Numbered from the stretch's first letter, positions 36,037-49,190 are shown. The stretch is DNA of 64,000 nucleotides from Octopus vulgaris (GCA_951406725.2 OX597822.1:58156001-58220000); one strand, 5' to 3'. Numbers and translations are program-made. Notes: a model not told the origin generated them from the letters alone.

Positions 36037-37532
36037 CTAAAACAAACAAAACTCATGAACATCATCATACACATTACAATCTTCACCACCACCACTACCA
36101 CTCTCCCAATCAGTGCTCCTCTCTTCACTCCTAATTTGATCAGCCCGTATGTAGTTGTTTGATCTGCTAGAAACAACAGCCAAATAGTTCTCATCTCATA
36201 GCCATACCATATTGAAAAAAAAAAAAATGAAGAACACTTTAGATAATGGAGTCCTAGAGACAATATCCCCCCCAAAAAAAAAATATAGGATGGTCATGGT
36301 GGGAATGCCTTTCAATAAAACTCTGTTGGAGTAGGAGTTAACCAAGGAACAATAACAAATCATTATCATCACCAACTCAGGTGGTGGTAATGGTTATGAT
36401 GATGATGGTGGTGGTGGTGGTGGTGATGGTGATAGTGGTGGTAGTGATGGTGGTGCTGGAGATAGTGATGGTGGTGGTTGTTCCTGCCAGATGAAGGTAT
36501 GGAATGTGCAATGCATTGGATCTATGGAACCAACTAGGATTTTTTAAATCAGTAGATCTATGTATCAAAGGTCAGCTGAAACAGGCTTAACAACAACAAC
36601 AACACTATTGACAACAGTAATACAAACTTAGCCAATGAAGGAAAATCTATGCAGTCATTTGTCCTGTTAGAAATAGCAGCTAAATCTCCCCCAAACCACA
36701 CTCTACTATCTTATGAAAAATAAACATTGTATAATGTGCAGGGAATATACCATTGTAGAAGAAAAGATTGTTTGGTCATAGGCTTGGAATGGTCATTGAT
36801 CATAGATTTACTTTATCAGGTTTGACCTGGGGCTAAACAACAACAGTTCCAAAAACAAGAATAAGAACAGGGATTATGACCAGTATTGACTGTCTGGTAA
36901 ATTTCCTGCATTTATGTAGGATCAGATGGCAAGAGATTGATCATGTCTTAAAGAATGTCTGGGAAAGTGAAAAAAAAACATAAGGAAGTACTGAAATATT
37001 GGAATGTAGGTTATCTATACCTAAGACTTCCTCTACCTTGATTTAAGATATTCAAATTTCAAATTAAAAAAACCTACATCGTAATTTTATGTAACAAACA
37101 TGAATTCTTTGTGATTTTGAAAGGTGTGTATGTGTGTGTGCATGCGTGCGTGCATGCATTCATATACATGTATGTGTATCTTTCTGGTGCAACAGACACA
37201 TTTTTGAACAATCAATAGAAAAAAATCTTCATTCAGTTGATAAGTAGTCAAGACATATATTTCTACCATTTTTAACAAATACTTTATCTATTGGTGGAAA
37301 ATAGTCCTTTACTGCTTTGTAGAACGGCACCCAATGATATTATATGTTCCTGTTTAAGTAAAACTTTTCCTTGGATACCAACAAATCTTTAACTTTTTTG
37401 AGACACATGGTGTTTTGGTATGTGTAGCCAAAAAAGAGCAAAATGTTTATCTGTTGAGACTGAAATTGATATTGTTGGGTGCATGCAGAAAACAAAGGAT
37501 AAATTGCCTAAAACAACTTTATTAGTAAGTAA

Positions 37533-37583
<51 letters not shown>

Positions 37584-37943
37584 TCATTGGGCCAATGGAT
37601 CAGCCTCAAAGTCTTTTCAGCTTGTATCACCCGGGTCGATCAATCAGCCTGAGTGTCACAAGAGGGTTAAGTAATTTCTTTCATTCATCCTTGATGATAA
37701 CAAATTCTTTTAGCAAATGGGGATCACAATAAATTTGAAACTTAGTCTCCCCAAAGCATTTTCGTTTACTTTCCAGCATAAATATATATATATATATCAT
37801 CATCATCATCATCATCATCGTTTAGCGTCCGCTTTCCATGCTAGCATGGGTTGGACGGGTCAACTGGGGTCTGTGAAGCTGGAAGGCTTCGTCAGGCCCA
37901 GTCAGATCTGGCAGTGTTTCTACGGCTGGATGCCCTTCCTAAC

Positions 37944-37990
<47 letters not shown>

Positions 37991-39189
37991 GTACACATAG
38001 ATATGTCATTACCATTTTACGTCCACTTTCCATATTGGCATAGATTAGACAGGTCGTTAGGGTCACAGTCAGTTATTTTGGAGTTACTACTCTCAAAGGT
38101 GGCAAGGGCCACATCTTGCATGTATGTTTCATTTTTGCCATGGTTTCCTGAACTGGAGCGCCCACTGATTACCAACCATTTACAGAACATATTGATAGCA
38201 GCACTGGAAAAGTTGACATCTCTTTGACAAAATGAACAGGCTCTCTTGATCCCACACTCCAGAGTGCACTGGGTGCATTTTACTGAAGCACCAGCACTAG
38301 TGGGGTTGATTTTTATCCTAAAAGTTTAATGAGTCCTCACTACTATGATGTGTTCATTCACTCAGAGCTACATGGATAAAGAGGTGAATAGAAAAGGGAG
38401 TAAAAAGAACCAGGATGAGTAGAGGGGAGGCAAAAAAGGTGTAATATTAAAAACAGTGATTAAGGCAAGGAAGCAATGGATAGTAATAGAGATTGATAAA
38501 TGGTAAGTGGGGGAGGATGATGGATGTCAATATGAAGTAATCTGAGATGGAGCATGGGGTAGGAAGTGTATATGGGTTAATGGTAGAGTGTATGTTGTAC
38601 ATGAACATCTGAAGTGATCTCTTATATATACTCCTTGAGATGGGCAGGAGTGTGAGGTTGGTAAGGAATACAAGGGGTTAAGTGTTACAGAGAAGGTCAG
38701 AGTAATCCAATTAGACTGGAAGCATGGTTACAGTGAGGAGATAGATATTCACTGCAATCGTTAGTCATACCAATAACAAAATATAAAATGAAAATGGAAA
38801 CAAAAAATGATAGAGAGATGAGTGCTTAAAGGCATGAGCATTGGAGACACAAGCGATAGAGGTGTAGGTGGTAGACAGACGGGTAACATTGGTTTGAGTG
38901 ATAGTGGTGTTAAAAAGATGAGAGAATATATATATAGAGAGAGAAGATGTAGATTTGATTTTTTCTCACTCTCTCTCTCTCTCACACACACACATACGCA
39001 CATGCACACACAACATGCTCTCCAGTCTTGTTAACCAATCAAATACTTGATGGACATGCCCTCCATCTCTACCAATTTTAATATATGTTCCATCTTGCTT
39101 GCACAAGTGGGCAGATCTCCCACAATGATGGCACCAACTGATGTGGTCCTTTGTCAGCCCTTCAATGTGATGCAACAAGTTCAGATCAG

Positions 39190-40135
39190 TCTTCACCACT
39201 TTATCCTAAGGCTTTCTTGGTCTCCATCTTCCACTGTTTCTGTATATTTTGAGCACATGACACTTCTTTATACAGCTGTCCTCCTCTATATGCATCACAT
39301 GAGCATACCAATGCAGTTTTCCCTTTTGCAGACTACATTTGATTCAACTTGCATTCAGCTGTTCTCTCAGCTCATTTGTACTTTGTTATTCATGTGCACT
39401 AATATTACACATCCAGTGGAACATACTTTATCTCTTTCTATTTTTCACAAATGCTCTGCATTCAAGGCCCACATCTTACTATCATGGAACACTGTACATT
39501 ATACATAAGCACCATACAATCTACCTTTCACTCTGAAGGAAAAAAAACCTTTTGTTGTTAGCAGAGGCAAATAGCAACTTGAAACTTTTCCAACCCCTTT
39601 TTCACTCTGATTAAAAATACTTTCAGAAACCCCACCCCCACTGATAATTAGAGTGTCTGAGTAACAAAAGCCATCAGCTACTCTTATAGAACCACCTGGG
39701 CCTATGAAAGACTTTATTTTACATGCACTTTTAGTGCTTGAGTACCTGCTGCTTGTAATGATTGCCTACACCATTAGCTGCTTTTATCTTGCAATACCTC
39801 TTTTGTGCTAATGGTTTATACTGGGTACTGTGTGGAATTCCTAAGCTCCTTTTCTATATATTGAGCATAGCCATTTCCTTGGTAGCAGGGTCCTGTTTTC
39901 TCTCCTATTTATTAATACTTTGGTCTTTGCTAAGTTTACATTGAGGCTTCTCAATTCTTGGTTTTACTTCCATGTCCAAATTTCTTCTGTAGATTCCACT
40001 ACAGATTCTGCTATAAGAATTAGATAATCAGCATATAGGAGTTTTCATAAGCAGCCAGTCTTAAACTTCTCTGTTATGGCTGAGAGAATTATAATAAGAC
40101 AGAAGGGCATCTGAGACCTGAGTCCTAAAGGACCT
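39190..40135 (-). pseudogene. Old RTE-clade LINE ORF fragment (RT YADD region to C-terminus)
   Basis: The minus strand reads AITEKFKTGCL*KLLYADYL near 40030, followed by the Cys-finger and C-terminal region shared with the younger copies. Confidence 0.75.
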
Positions 40136-40418
40136 CTAACTAAATTCATCACAACTAAATTCAAACTAAATTCATTACAAAACTCATGTTTGCATAGATC
40201 ACATAAGGTTTGCTCAGGCAGAATTTTCTGTGGCTAGATGCACTGCCTGTTATCAATTCTCATCTCTTTGAACAAGTAATATTCTCCTAGTCCAATAAAC
40301 AATGAACAGCCCAGATATGCTTTTACAGTGGATTGCAAAGAAATGATAACATTTGTATGAATAGTGATTCTTTATTTACAATTAGCACATACAGTGGAAA
40401 TATGCACTCAGTTGCAAG

Positions 40419-40467
<49 letters not shown>

Positions 40468-40973
40468 ACACACATACACACACATGACAGGCTTCTTCCA
40501 GTTTTAGTCTAAAAAATTTCACTCACAAGATATTAGTCAGCTCGTGACTATAATAGAGGACATCTGCCAACAGTGTCCATGCAGTGGAAGTGGACTCGAG
40601 TAATGTGGTTCTAATGTGAACTTCTTATCCATGCAGTCATGCCTACACACACACACAATTTGAAAAACACAGGAAAATTATGCCTGATTTACATCAGAAT
40701 TTTACCATTTATTGAATTTACATTTAATTTTATGTATTTCATTTGCATTATTATAATGATTTGGAAATAATTTGCTTTCCATAGTGAATAATTAATATTT
40801 ATAGTTTTAGTTTGGGTGACCACCACCTACTTTGCCTACCCAGACAGCATGTCTCAGGATTAAAGATACAAAGTAAAGGCACAAGTGCTTCATCAGTATT
40901 AAATATGATACTGTATCATTTGCTATCCAAGAAAGTCACAGAAAAGAATACAAATATCATGGTAGAGATATAC

Positions 40974-41188
40974 TTACTCTTTTACTTGTTTCAGTCATTT
41001 GACTGTGGCCATGTTGGAGCACTGCCTTTAGTCGAGCAAATCAACCCCAGGACATATTCTTTCTAAGCCTAGTACTTATTCTATCGGTCTCTTTTGCCAA
41101 ACCACTAAGTTACAGGGACGTAAACACACCAGCATCGGTTGTCAAGCGATGTTGGGGGACAAACACAGACATACAAACATATACACAC

Positions 41189-41219
<31 letters not shown>

Positions 41220-41386
41220 CATATATACAACAGGCTTTTTTCAGTTTCCGCCTACAAAATCCACTCACAAGGCTTTGGTCGGCCCGAGGCTATAGTAGAA
41301 GACACTAGCTCAAGGTGCCACGCAGTGGGACTGAACCGGAACCATGTGGTTGGTAAGCAAGCTACTTACCACACAGCCACTCCTAC
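40974..41386 (-). mobile_element. SINE family A, full length
   Basis: Family A consensus in reverse complement. Confidence 0.9.
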
Positions 41387-41827
41387 TTTAAAATTTCTTG
41401 TAAAAATAAATGCTTATTTTTAGATATGAGGGAATATTGAATAGTAAACACAGAAGGAAACTAAGATTGTGCACTTTAAGATATAATGTAGAGGCTATAC
41501 AACATAGTAGGAGGAGGAAGAGGAGGGGGAATATTATTAAGGATATCAATAACTAAGTTATTCTCGAAACATTTCAAGTGTGACAAAATGTGATCTGATA
41601 GCCTAAAACTGATACGATTTTCTACAATTGCTACAGCAAATTATCTGAGAACATATGTTACCTCTTACTGGTGTTGTGTAGTATTATGATGGAGGTGGAT
41701 ATATAAATAGTGTACATAATCAAGTAAACATTTTATGGAGTAGATAACTCTTGTAGAACATAACTAGGGCTGTAGGCAGCATGTTATCTTATACATCTAA
41801 TGTATAAGTTAAGCTTTTAGATAGTTA

Positions 41828-42220
41828 CTAGCAGTATTGCCCGGCGTTGCTCGGGTTTGTTTCGACCCTTTAGAATTGGAATTTTTGAAAAGTAAAAATT
41901 TTGCATTATGTAGCTTGTTATTCTCTTTAAGTGAACATTTTTCTGGTTGAAATACACCAAAAAATGGCGACACAGCAGTAAAAAAATGGTAAAAAATAGG
42001 GCTTTTCATAGAAAAAAAAGTACCTTTTTGATGTAAATAATTTTTGGTGTTAACATGGTCCGATTTGAATTTTTTCTTCTACGGAAGGAAGAACAAGCCT
42101 CCTTCTATCATACCCTCAATTTTAGTCAACTTGCGCTGCAAGGTCTCGGAGGAGATAGTGTTAGTTGAAGGCTACCAAACCTGCCATACACAGACAACTT
42201 CAGCTTTATATATATAGAGA
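41828..42220 (-). mobile_element. Non-autonomous Helitron
   Basis: Minus strand has a 5' TC, subterminal hairpin CCCGAGCAACGCCGGG and 3' CTAG|T; closely similar to 20213-20601. Confidence 0.88.
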
Positions 42221-42229
42221 TGTCCTTTC

Positions 42230-42700
42230 TGCTACAGGCACAAGGCCTGAAATGTAAGAGGAGGGTGCAAGTCAATTACATTGATCTCAGTACATGACTG
42301 ATACTTATTTTATCAACCCCGAAAAAATGAAAGGCACAGATGACCTTGGTGGAATTTGAATTCACAATATAGGGACAGAAGAAATTCCGCCAGGATTTTT
42401 GCCCAGCATGTTAATGATTCTTATTTCTTTATTGCCCACAAGGGGCTAAACATAGAGGGGACAAACAAGGACAGACAAAGGGATTAAGTCGATTACATCG
42501 ACCCCAGTGCGTAATTACATCGATCCCAGTGCGTAAGTACATTGACCCCGAAAGGATGAAAGGCAAAGTCAACCTCGGCGGAATTTGAACTCGGAACGTA
42601 ACGGCAGATGAAATACCGTTAAGCATTCTCGCCCAGTGTGCTAACGTTTCTGCCAGCTCACTGCCAGCATGTTAATGATTCTGCTACTTTGTCACCTTAA
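42230..42700 (-). mobile_element. Family B SINE with a younger family B SINE (42422-42663) nested inside
   Basis: 19-bp TSD CCAGCATGTTAATGATTCT at 42403-42421 and 42664-42682. Confidence 0.85.
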
Positions 42701-42825
42701 GCTTTTACTTAATTATATGACCATTGAGAAATACATGTCAAATCTTCTCAAATCATGCCCAATCACATTGAATAATATAATGTTGCAACATCGGTCATCT
42801 TCTGTCAGAAATTATCCTAGGTTAA

Positions 42826-43057
42826 CCTTCTAGCATTTAAACTGACCAGATCCAGCCCAAATGTTCTACATCTTTTACATTCAAACTGGCCACATCTAAT
42901 CTCTCACACCAAACCTGCACTTACATTCTAGAAAAAAAAAAAAACAATTACATCATCAAATCCTCAAAGCTACAAGATAATGCATAATTAATTCGAAACA
43001 ATTTGGATAAAAAAACAAAAGGATTACATTTGACAGAGTAATCTGAACACTAAAGGG
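42826..43057. mobile_element. Complete piggyBac-like MITE
   Basis: TTAA|CCTTCTAGCATT ... AACACTAAAGGG|TTAA. Confidence 0.8.
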
Positions 43058-44668
43058 TTAAAAGCATGTCAACCAAAATGTAAGCACCCCCACATACTGA
43101 AAGACCTACAACCCCTAAAGGTCCCAGGTACAATCACTGATGATTTGTGCAGGAGCATCACAAGATGATGTGTATATATATATTTACAAATTTCATATAT
43201 ATGATGATAATGATATATATATATATACACACACACACACATTATGTGTGTATGTGTATAAGTGTTCATGCATGTGTGTGCACACATATACACATGCATG
43301 TAGAAGCCTACATATGTCAATAAACTTTGTCAAGCAGTCGCTGTTCAAGATATCAGAAAAAAAGAAGAAAACTTGAGACACGGGGCTCCTGCAACATTCC
43401 TTTTGTTAATTGCTATTGCATTCTATCTTATCCTCCCCCCCACCTCTGTCACCTCCACTTCATCTTGCTTGCCACACTCCCCCATCTCTACCCCCCACAC
43501 ACACACTTCACCCTGTTGTTATTTGTTTTCTTCTTTTATGTGTGTTATCAGCTTCCTTTCTGTCTGTCTGTGTTTCAGCTCCATGCCTTGCCAGGCTTGC
43601 CTGCCGTAACAACAATCAGCTGCAGACAGACAGCACGTGGCTGCACTACGGTACAGAGGCAGGGAAGGAGGATGGGGATGGACTAACAGAACCAATAAGC
43701 AAGGCTCTCGACTGATGGCACGAACCACATACATCTGTAACACCAGCAGCAACAAGCTAATGACAGAGATTTCTATGCAATTTTTCAACATGCAAGAAAT
43801 ATCAGCCAAAATCTCTTTCATACTACAACCTACTGTTTTGTTTGTATTATTCTTTTTTTATTTTAAAATTGGATAATGTAATTCTAGATAAGATATATAT
43901 AAAAAAAGAAAAAAGATGGAATTGTAACAGCTGGAGTGATTTTAATCATAGGGCTAGGGTCAGTTGGATGAGGTTTGACCTTGGGCTAAACAACAATCAC
44001 ATAAACTACCGTATTTTCCGCACACAAGTCAACATAGTATATGGTGTAAACACGGAGTGTAAACCATATCAGTAATGAAGAACGGACATAAAACTGTTGA
44101 TGATGTGCACAAACACACACACGCATGCATGCGCGCATGCACGCACACGCTTTTGCACCTGTGCCTCCATGCACTTTTTTGGTCCTCCAAAGTTGTTTTG
44201 GTGTATAAGTTGACATAGCTTTCTTAACTGTAGATTTTGATCTGAAAAATTTAACTTGTATGCTGGAAAATTCAGTAGTGAGATAAGTTTTACATGTTCA
44301 TCAAATCCAAAATGGAAACCTACAAGTTTGGCATCTAAGGTTTTCGGACAACTGACCAGTAAGATATTGAAGATGACCATGGTTAGTATAGCTGATCTAA
44401 TAGCTGTATGTGTGATATAAAGTCTGTTGGTCTTGTAGAGCTCATACAATGTAGCAACAACGCCAGTCAATAGGCCTACTAAATCTTCCTCAAAGAATAC
44501 ATTGGACAGTCTGAGTAAAAGACAGGCCAATCAGAACTGAACTGCCTGATCTGGTGCTAAACAACAATAATAACAGCAGGAACAAGAAATGCAGGCTGCA
44601 ACAGTAACAACTGCAACTAAAAGTCACAAAAGCAACAATACTGCCGCTGCCAACAACAACAGCAGCCA

Positions 44669-45120
44669 TTCAAGAATTTGGACCTGGAGATCTCCATTTC
44701 CAGCGACTTTGAGGGCCATTCTGAAAAGCTCTATCTGCGACGATTTCATCTCAATTGAAGGAGAGGGGCTTTCTCCGTCCGGGTTGTGGATCCGTGGAAT
44801 AAGCTGCCGGACGAGATGGTGAAGATGCCAACGACCGCTCGGTTCAAAGTCTCTCTTGACCACAAGTGGCCTGAACTCTTTACATGAACACCACCCTGTA
44901 CATAACTCCATGTCCCCCTACATGGCCTTGCTTTTTGCTTTTTGAGCAAAAACACTAACTAACTAACCTCCCAGTGGTGTCGGGTGTCAACGAAGAGCCC
45001 TCAACTACAACAAGATGACCAAAAATTTTTTTTTTTCCAAGGTCTGGGGTCTCCCACCTCTAAGCACTAGACCATCACCTAATCACCCTTACCCGGCTTG
45101 TTGCTTAACAACAACAACAA
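44669..45120 (+). mobile_element. Second copy of the ~190-bp element, interrupted by a CR1 fragment
   Basis: Segments 44669-44717 and 44968-45120 match the reverse complement of 23300-23511. Confidence 0.75.
44714..44967 (+). mobile_element. CR1-clade LINE 3' end with (CTAA)n tail
   Basis: Encodes GHSEKLYLRRFHLN*RRGAFSVRVVDPWNKLPDEMVKMPTTARFKVSLDHKW, the typical CR1 ORF2 C-terminus, followed by a short UTR and CTAACTAACTAAC. Confidence 0.88.
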
Positions 45121-46899
45121 GTTGGATATGAAAACAACATTTGACATGACCTGAGTTTCACTGCACTATAATAACAACTAATAATAATTGTATGGTAGCA
45201 AGGGGACAGGAGGGAATGTTAAGGACTATGGGATGTCCTCAAGTATTTGATTGGTTAACAAACATGATATATGTCTGCTTAAATGCAGCTAAATGGGTGG
45301 GGTGGGTGGGTGGGGTTAGGCTGCAACAGTAGCAAAAGCTACACAAGCAACAATAACTGATAAGTAAGTAATAACAACAACAGCAGTAACACTACAACAC
45401 TAAGAACAACAACGATACCAATAACAGATCTAGCTGCAACAGCTGCATTAACAACAACAGCAAAAAAACACAACTATGTAAAACAAGGGACAGTTGCATA
45501 AAAAACTGCATTAGCAACAGCAGAAACAACAACAATCGTTTTTGTTGTTGTTTTTGCATTCATTATTGACAGTGGTACAGTTTTAGTAGAGAAGTAGGGG
45601 GAGAGGAGAGAAAGAAAGAAAGAAAGAAGATAAGAAGGGTGAGGGCACGCGTATAAGGATCTAGGTGGTGGAAGGGCGATGTAAGGATTGTGGCCCGAGT
45701 GTAGTAGTAGTAGCAGTAGTAGTGGGGGGGGATTAGTGGAAGGGTATGTTACGGAAGGGGCGAGGGTGGGGTGGTGGTGGTGATGATGGCGGTCGGGTTG
45801 CTGCCTCCATGTTTTTGCGAGGAGGAAAGGGGCGGCAGAGGTGGCGAGGTTGACAAGCTTTGCATGTGCATCTATGTGCATGTGTGTGGGTGGGTGGTGA
45901 GATGGAGAGCAGTGTGAGGCAGAGGCAGGACTAGAGCATTCCAACTGAAGAATGGAGGGAGTGAGAAGACAAAGGAAAAAGAAAGGGCGGGGGTAGGGGG
46001 GGTAATGGGGGGGGGGGGGTTCTTTTTCAGCAGAAGAGGGAAGCCGGCAGCATTGGTGGTGGAGTGGAGGGGGAAGGTGGTGTTGGTGAATAAGACAACA
46101 GTGGTGATGATGGTGATGATGATGATGACTGATGATGACTGATGATGATAGTGTTGGTTGTGAATGGATGGGTGGGTATTATTAAGTAGGCAAGAACTGG
46201 TAAGGTGCTGACGACAGGGTGGGTGCTGAGAGTGTGGGGGTACACAGAGGGGTGTTGTTAAGTAAGAGGTGAAGGGGATAATATGCCATGTGCCATTATG
46301 TGTAAAGCATATGCATGGCATGTGTGTGTGTGTGTATGAATGTGTATATGTGTGGAGATGCATGCATGCTTGTTTCTGTTTTTTTGTTATCGCTTTTGTA
46401 TATTTTTTAGCTTGTTTTTTTTTTTATTATTTATCTAATGTTATTTTGATTATATGTTTACATATTCTGTATTTCTTCTGTATTTACTCGGCTGCCTCAC
46501 TATGGACACAGAAATAGACATGTCTGCACAATAATGTACCTCCTCCCTCACTTCTCTTTCTCTCTCTCTCCTCTGTATCTCTAGAGGAACACACAGCTAC
46601 GTCCATCGCACAGACATGTACACATAACATCTCACTCAGACTTTCACTCTCTTCTCAGTATCTCTCTCGAAAGGCACAGTGATAAGTCCATCACATAGGA
46701 CACACAGACACATCTATACAACAATCTCTCTCTGTCCATCTCTCTATCTCTCTCTCTCTCTTTTTCTCTGACTGTCTTTCTGTCTCTCTTCCTCTCCAAT
46801 ATCCCTAGAGCAGTGTTTCTTAACCATTTTTGTCCCATACCCCTCTTCAATTTAAAAAATGAAATGCACTCCACCATGAACAAATTTACAAATTTAGTA

Positions 46900-47795
46900 T
46901 CATCATCATCATCATTTAACGTCCGTTTTCCATGCTAGCATGGATTGAATGGTTCGACCGGGGTCTGGGAAGCCAGGAGGCTGCACCAGGCTCCAGTCTG
47001 ATCTGGCAGCGCTTCTACAGCTGGATGCCCTTCTTAATGCCAACCACTCCGTGAGTGTAGTGGTCGCTTTTTACGTGCCACCGGCACAGAAGCCAGTCTT
47101 TCGTCATTGCCCCTGTGATGCTCAATGTTCGAAGGTCATGCTTGACCTCCACATCCCATGTCTTCCTGGGTCTACCTCTACCCCAGATTCCTTCAACTGT
47201 TTGGGAGTGGCACTTCTTCACACATCTCTCCCCATCCATCCATAGTACATGACCATAACAGCACAAACGTTTCTCTTGCATGCCACATCCAATGCTTCTT
47301 ATGTCCAACATTTCTCTCAGGGCACTTACACTCTGTTGTGTGTGCATAATTACATTACACATCCAGCAGATCATGCTAGCTTCATTTCTTTCGAGCCTCT
47401 GCAGTCACGGCCCATGTTTCACTGCTGTGAAGCATGGCAGTTCGCACACATGCATCGTACAATCTACCTTTCATTCTGAGCGAGAGACCCTTTGTCACCA
47501 GTAGGGGTAGAAGCTTTCTAAACTTTGCCCAGGCTATTCTTATTCTAGTGGTAACATTCTCTGAGCATCCACTACTAACTTGGTCACCTAGGTAGTGGAA
47601 GCTATCAACTACTTTTAGTTTCTCACCCTGGAGTGTGATGGAATCTGTTTTCTAAGCATCTGTGATGTCTATTGCCCCTATGCATCTGCCGCACAGGAAA
47701 GCTATCTTTTCGGTTAATCTTCCTTTGATGTTGCTGCACCTCTTATGTGTCCATAGCTTACACTGGGTACAGCATATGGAGTTTCTACCTACACT
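46900..47795 (-). mobile_element. 5'-truncated RTE-clade LINE (Cys/His finger, ORF C-terminus, 3' UTR, GAT tail)
   Basis: VGRNSICCTQCKLWTHKRCSNIKGRL...CGRC; RLCCYGHVLWM...VEGIWGRGRPRKTW. Confidence 0.9.
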
Positions 47796-47995
47796 TTTCT
47801 CCTCCCTATTCTTTGCCACTCTGCCTCTTACTTCAACTATACTTCTTCTGCTTAGCAAGTTTCATTTCTCTCTTTTTACCTTTTCCTTTCAACTAAGTGT
47901 GACACACACAACAGGTACGTACCTACATAACTACATAGGTATTAGCATATTAATATAACAATTTTTATAACTTGGAAATATATTTGGGAATAATC

Positions 47996-48250
47996 GAAAT
48001 AAACCCAGATCAAATGGCAGCCAGGAGAGCTTCTAATGCTGAGAGTATGCAAATACTTAGGAACCTTTAAACTCCTGAACAAGCTGCATCCAGGAGAGCA
48101 TCAAATGCTCTTACAAAGAGGAGCAAAAGGGCATTAGAAACACCTGAGTAAGCTTCTAATGTAGCCAACATGAGAAGAGTAAGGGATTCAGAATCACTAG
48201 AGCAATCAGAAACCAGCAGGGCATCCAATATTGTACAGGAGGTAGCTTAA
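47996..48250 (+). pseudogene. Degenerate STPR-like 23-aa repeat coding fragment (Helitron RepHel N-terminus-like)
   Basis: INPDQMAARRASNAESMQILRNL / *TPEQAASRRASNALTKRSKRAL / ETPE*...RRVRDS / ESLEQSETSRASN shows 23-residue periodicity with ETPEQ starts. Confidence 0.65.
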
Positions 48251-48402
48251 AATAGATAGATAGATAGATCAAATTAAATACACAATCAAAAGACCTTTCA
48301 TGCTATTATTATACTTGAAAAGGCATATTTATAAAATACGCCATGTATCTATCAGACTCTGTTTATGCATTATATATATATACATACTGTATATATACAC
48401 AC

Positions 48403-48675
48403 ATATTATTATACTTGGGAGTGGTCATCTTTTGCTAATTAAACACACTATATGTTTGATCTTTTATCACACATTCTGTGACTGCTTCAGTAATTCACTG
48501 TCCCATGGAATAGGCAATCCAAGGGGAGACACATAGGACAGAGAGTCACTGAAAAACTCACAGAATGTGTGACAAAAGACCTTTGATAGAAATAATACTG
48601 ATAAAGCTAAAGTGAAAATCAAATAAATAATGAGTTTAATTGGCAAAAGATGACCTTCCCCAAGTATAGCAATAT
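48403..48675. mobile_element. Long-TIR hairpin MITE
   Basis: Outer arms 48403-48460/48618-48675 and inner arms 48460-48507/48532-48579 are reverse complements; the two opposing ORFs share ILG.GHLL.IK. Confidence 0.8.
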
Positions 48676-48769
48676 CTGTCTCATCACATGTTTTCACATC
48701 AAGAACTGTGCAAAACAAATACATAAATGTGTCAAAAGTAAATAACAGAAACTTGCCACAAAGCAGAAG

Positions 48770-49190
48770 AGATATTCAGAGGAGGAACTCCCATCTGACA
48801 AGTGTTTTGGCCCTTATACCTGAAACTCTACAGGAGCCGGGTCTACACAGGTCATGACTCGTAGGTGGCCTCCTGCTACCTTCCAAAATCCTCTCTTCAG
48901 CAGAATTTGAACCTGAGGTGTTCTTTTGTTCCTAGGTTTCTGTTGCAGCCCATCAAGCCACTGGTCCATTCATCATTCCTCTTCGCCCTTATCCACAGTG
49001 AGCTCTTTTCAGCAACATCAACAAGCATTTGATTGTGGCAGTTCTTCTGCGGCCTTTGATACCCAAGTAGCCAACAGGTTGATGCGGCCATGAATCCTCG
49101 TGATCCAACTTCAACTGGCTTCACAGTACGTTAGTAACCCTCACTCCCCAGCTGCTTTGCTAGCTCACCATATTTGCTCATCTTAAAGAT
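48770..49190 (-). mobile_element. 3' fragment of an RLE-type non-LTR retrotransposon (Hero/NeSL-like)
   Basis: KMSKYGELAKQLGSEGY..VKPVEVGSRGFMAAS...AEKSSLWIRAKRNDEW matches the C-terminal restriction-like endonuclease end (K..KY..L...G...PVEVG.RGF...AE..S.W). Confidence 0.75.

Noticed and set aside
45474-46363. Long Pro/His/Thr-rich minus-strand ORFs (156 and 163 aa)
   Set aside because: Low-complexity consequence of G skew, with no recognisable domain or splice structure.
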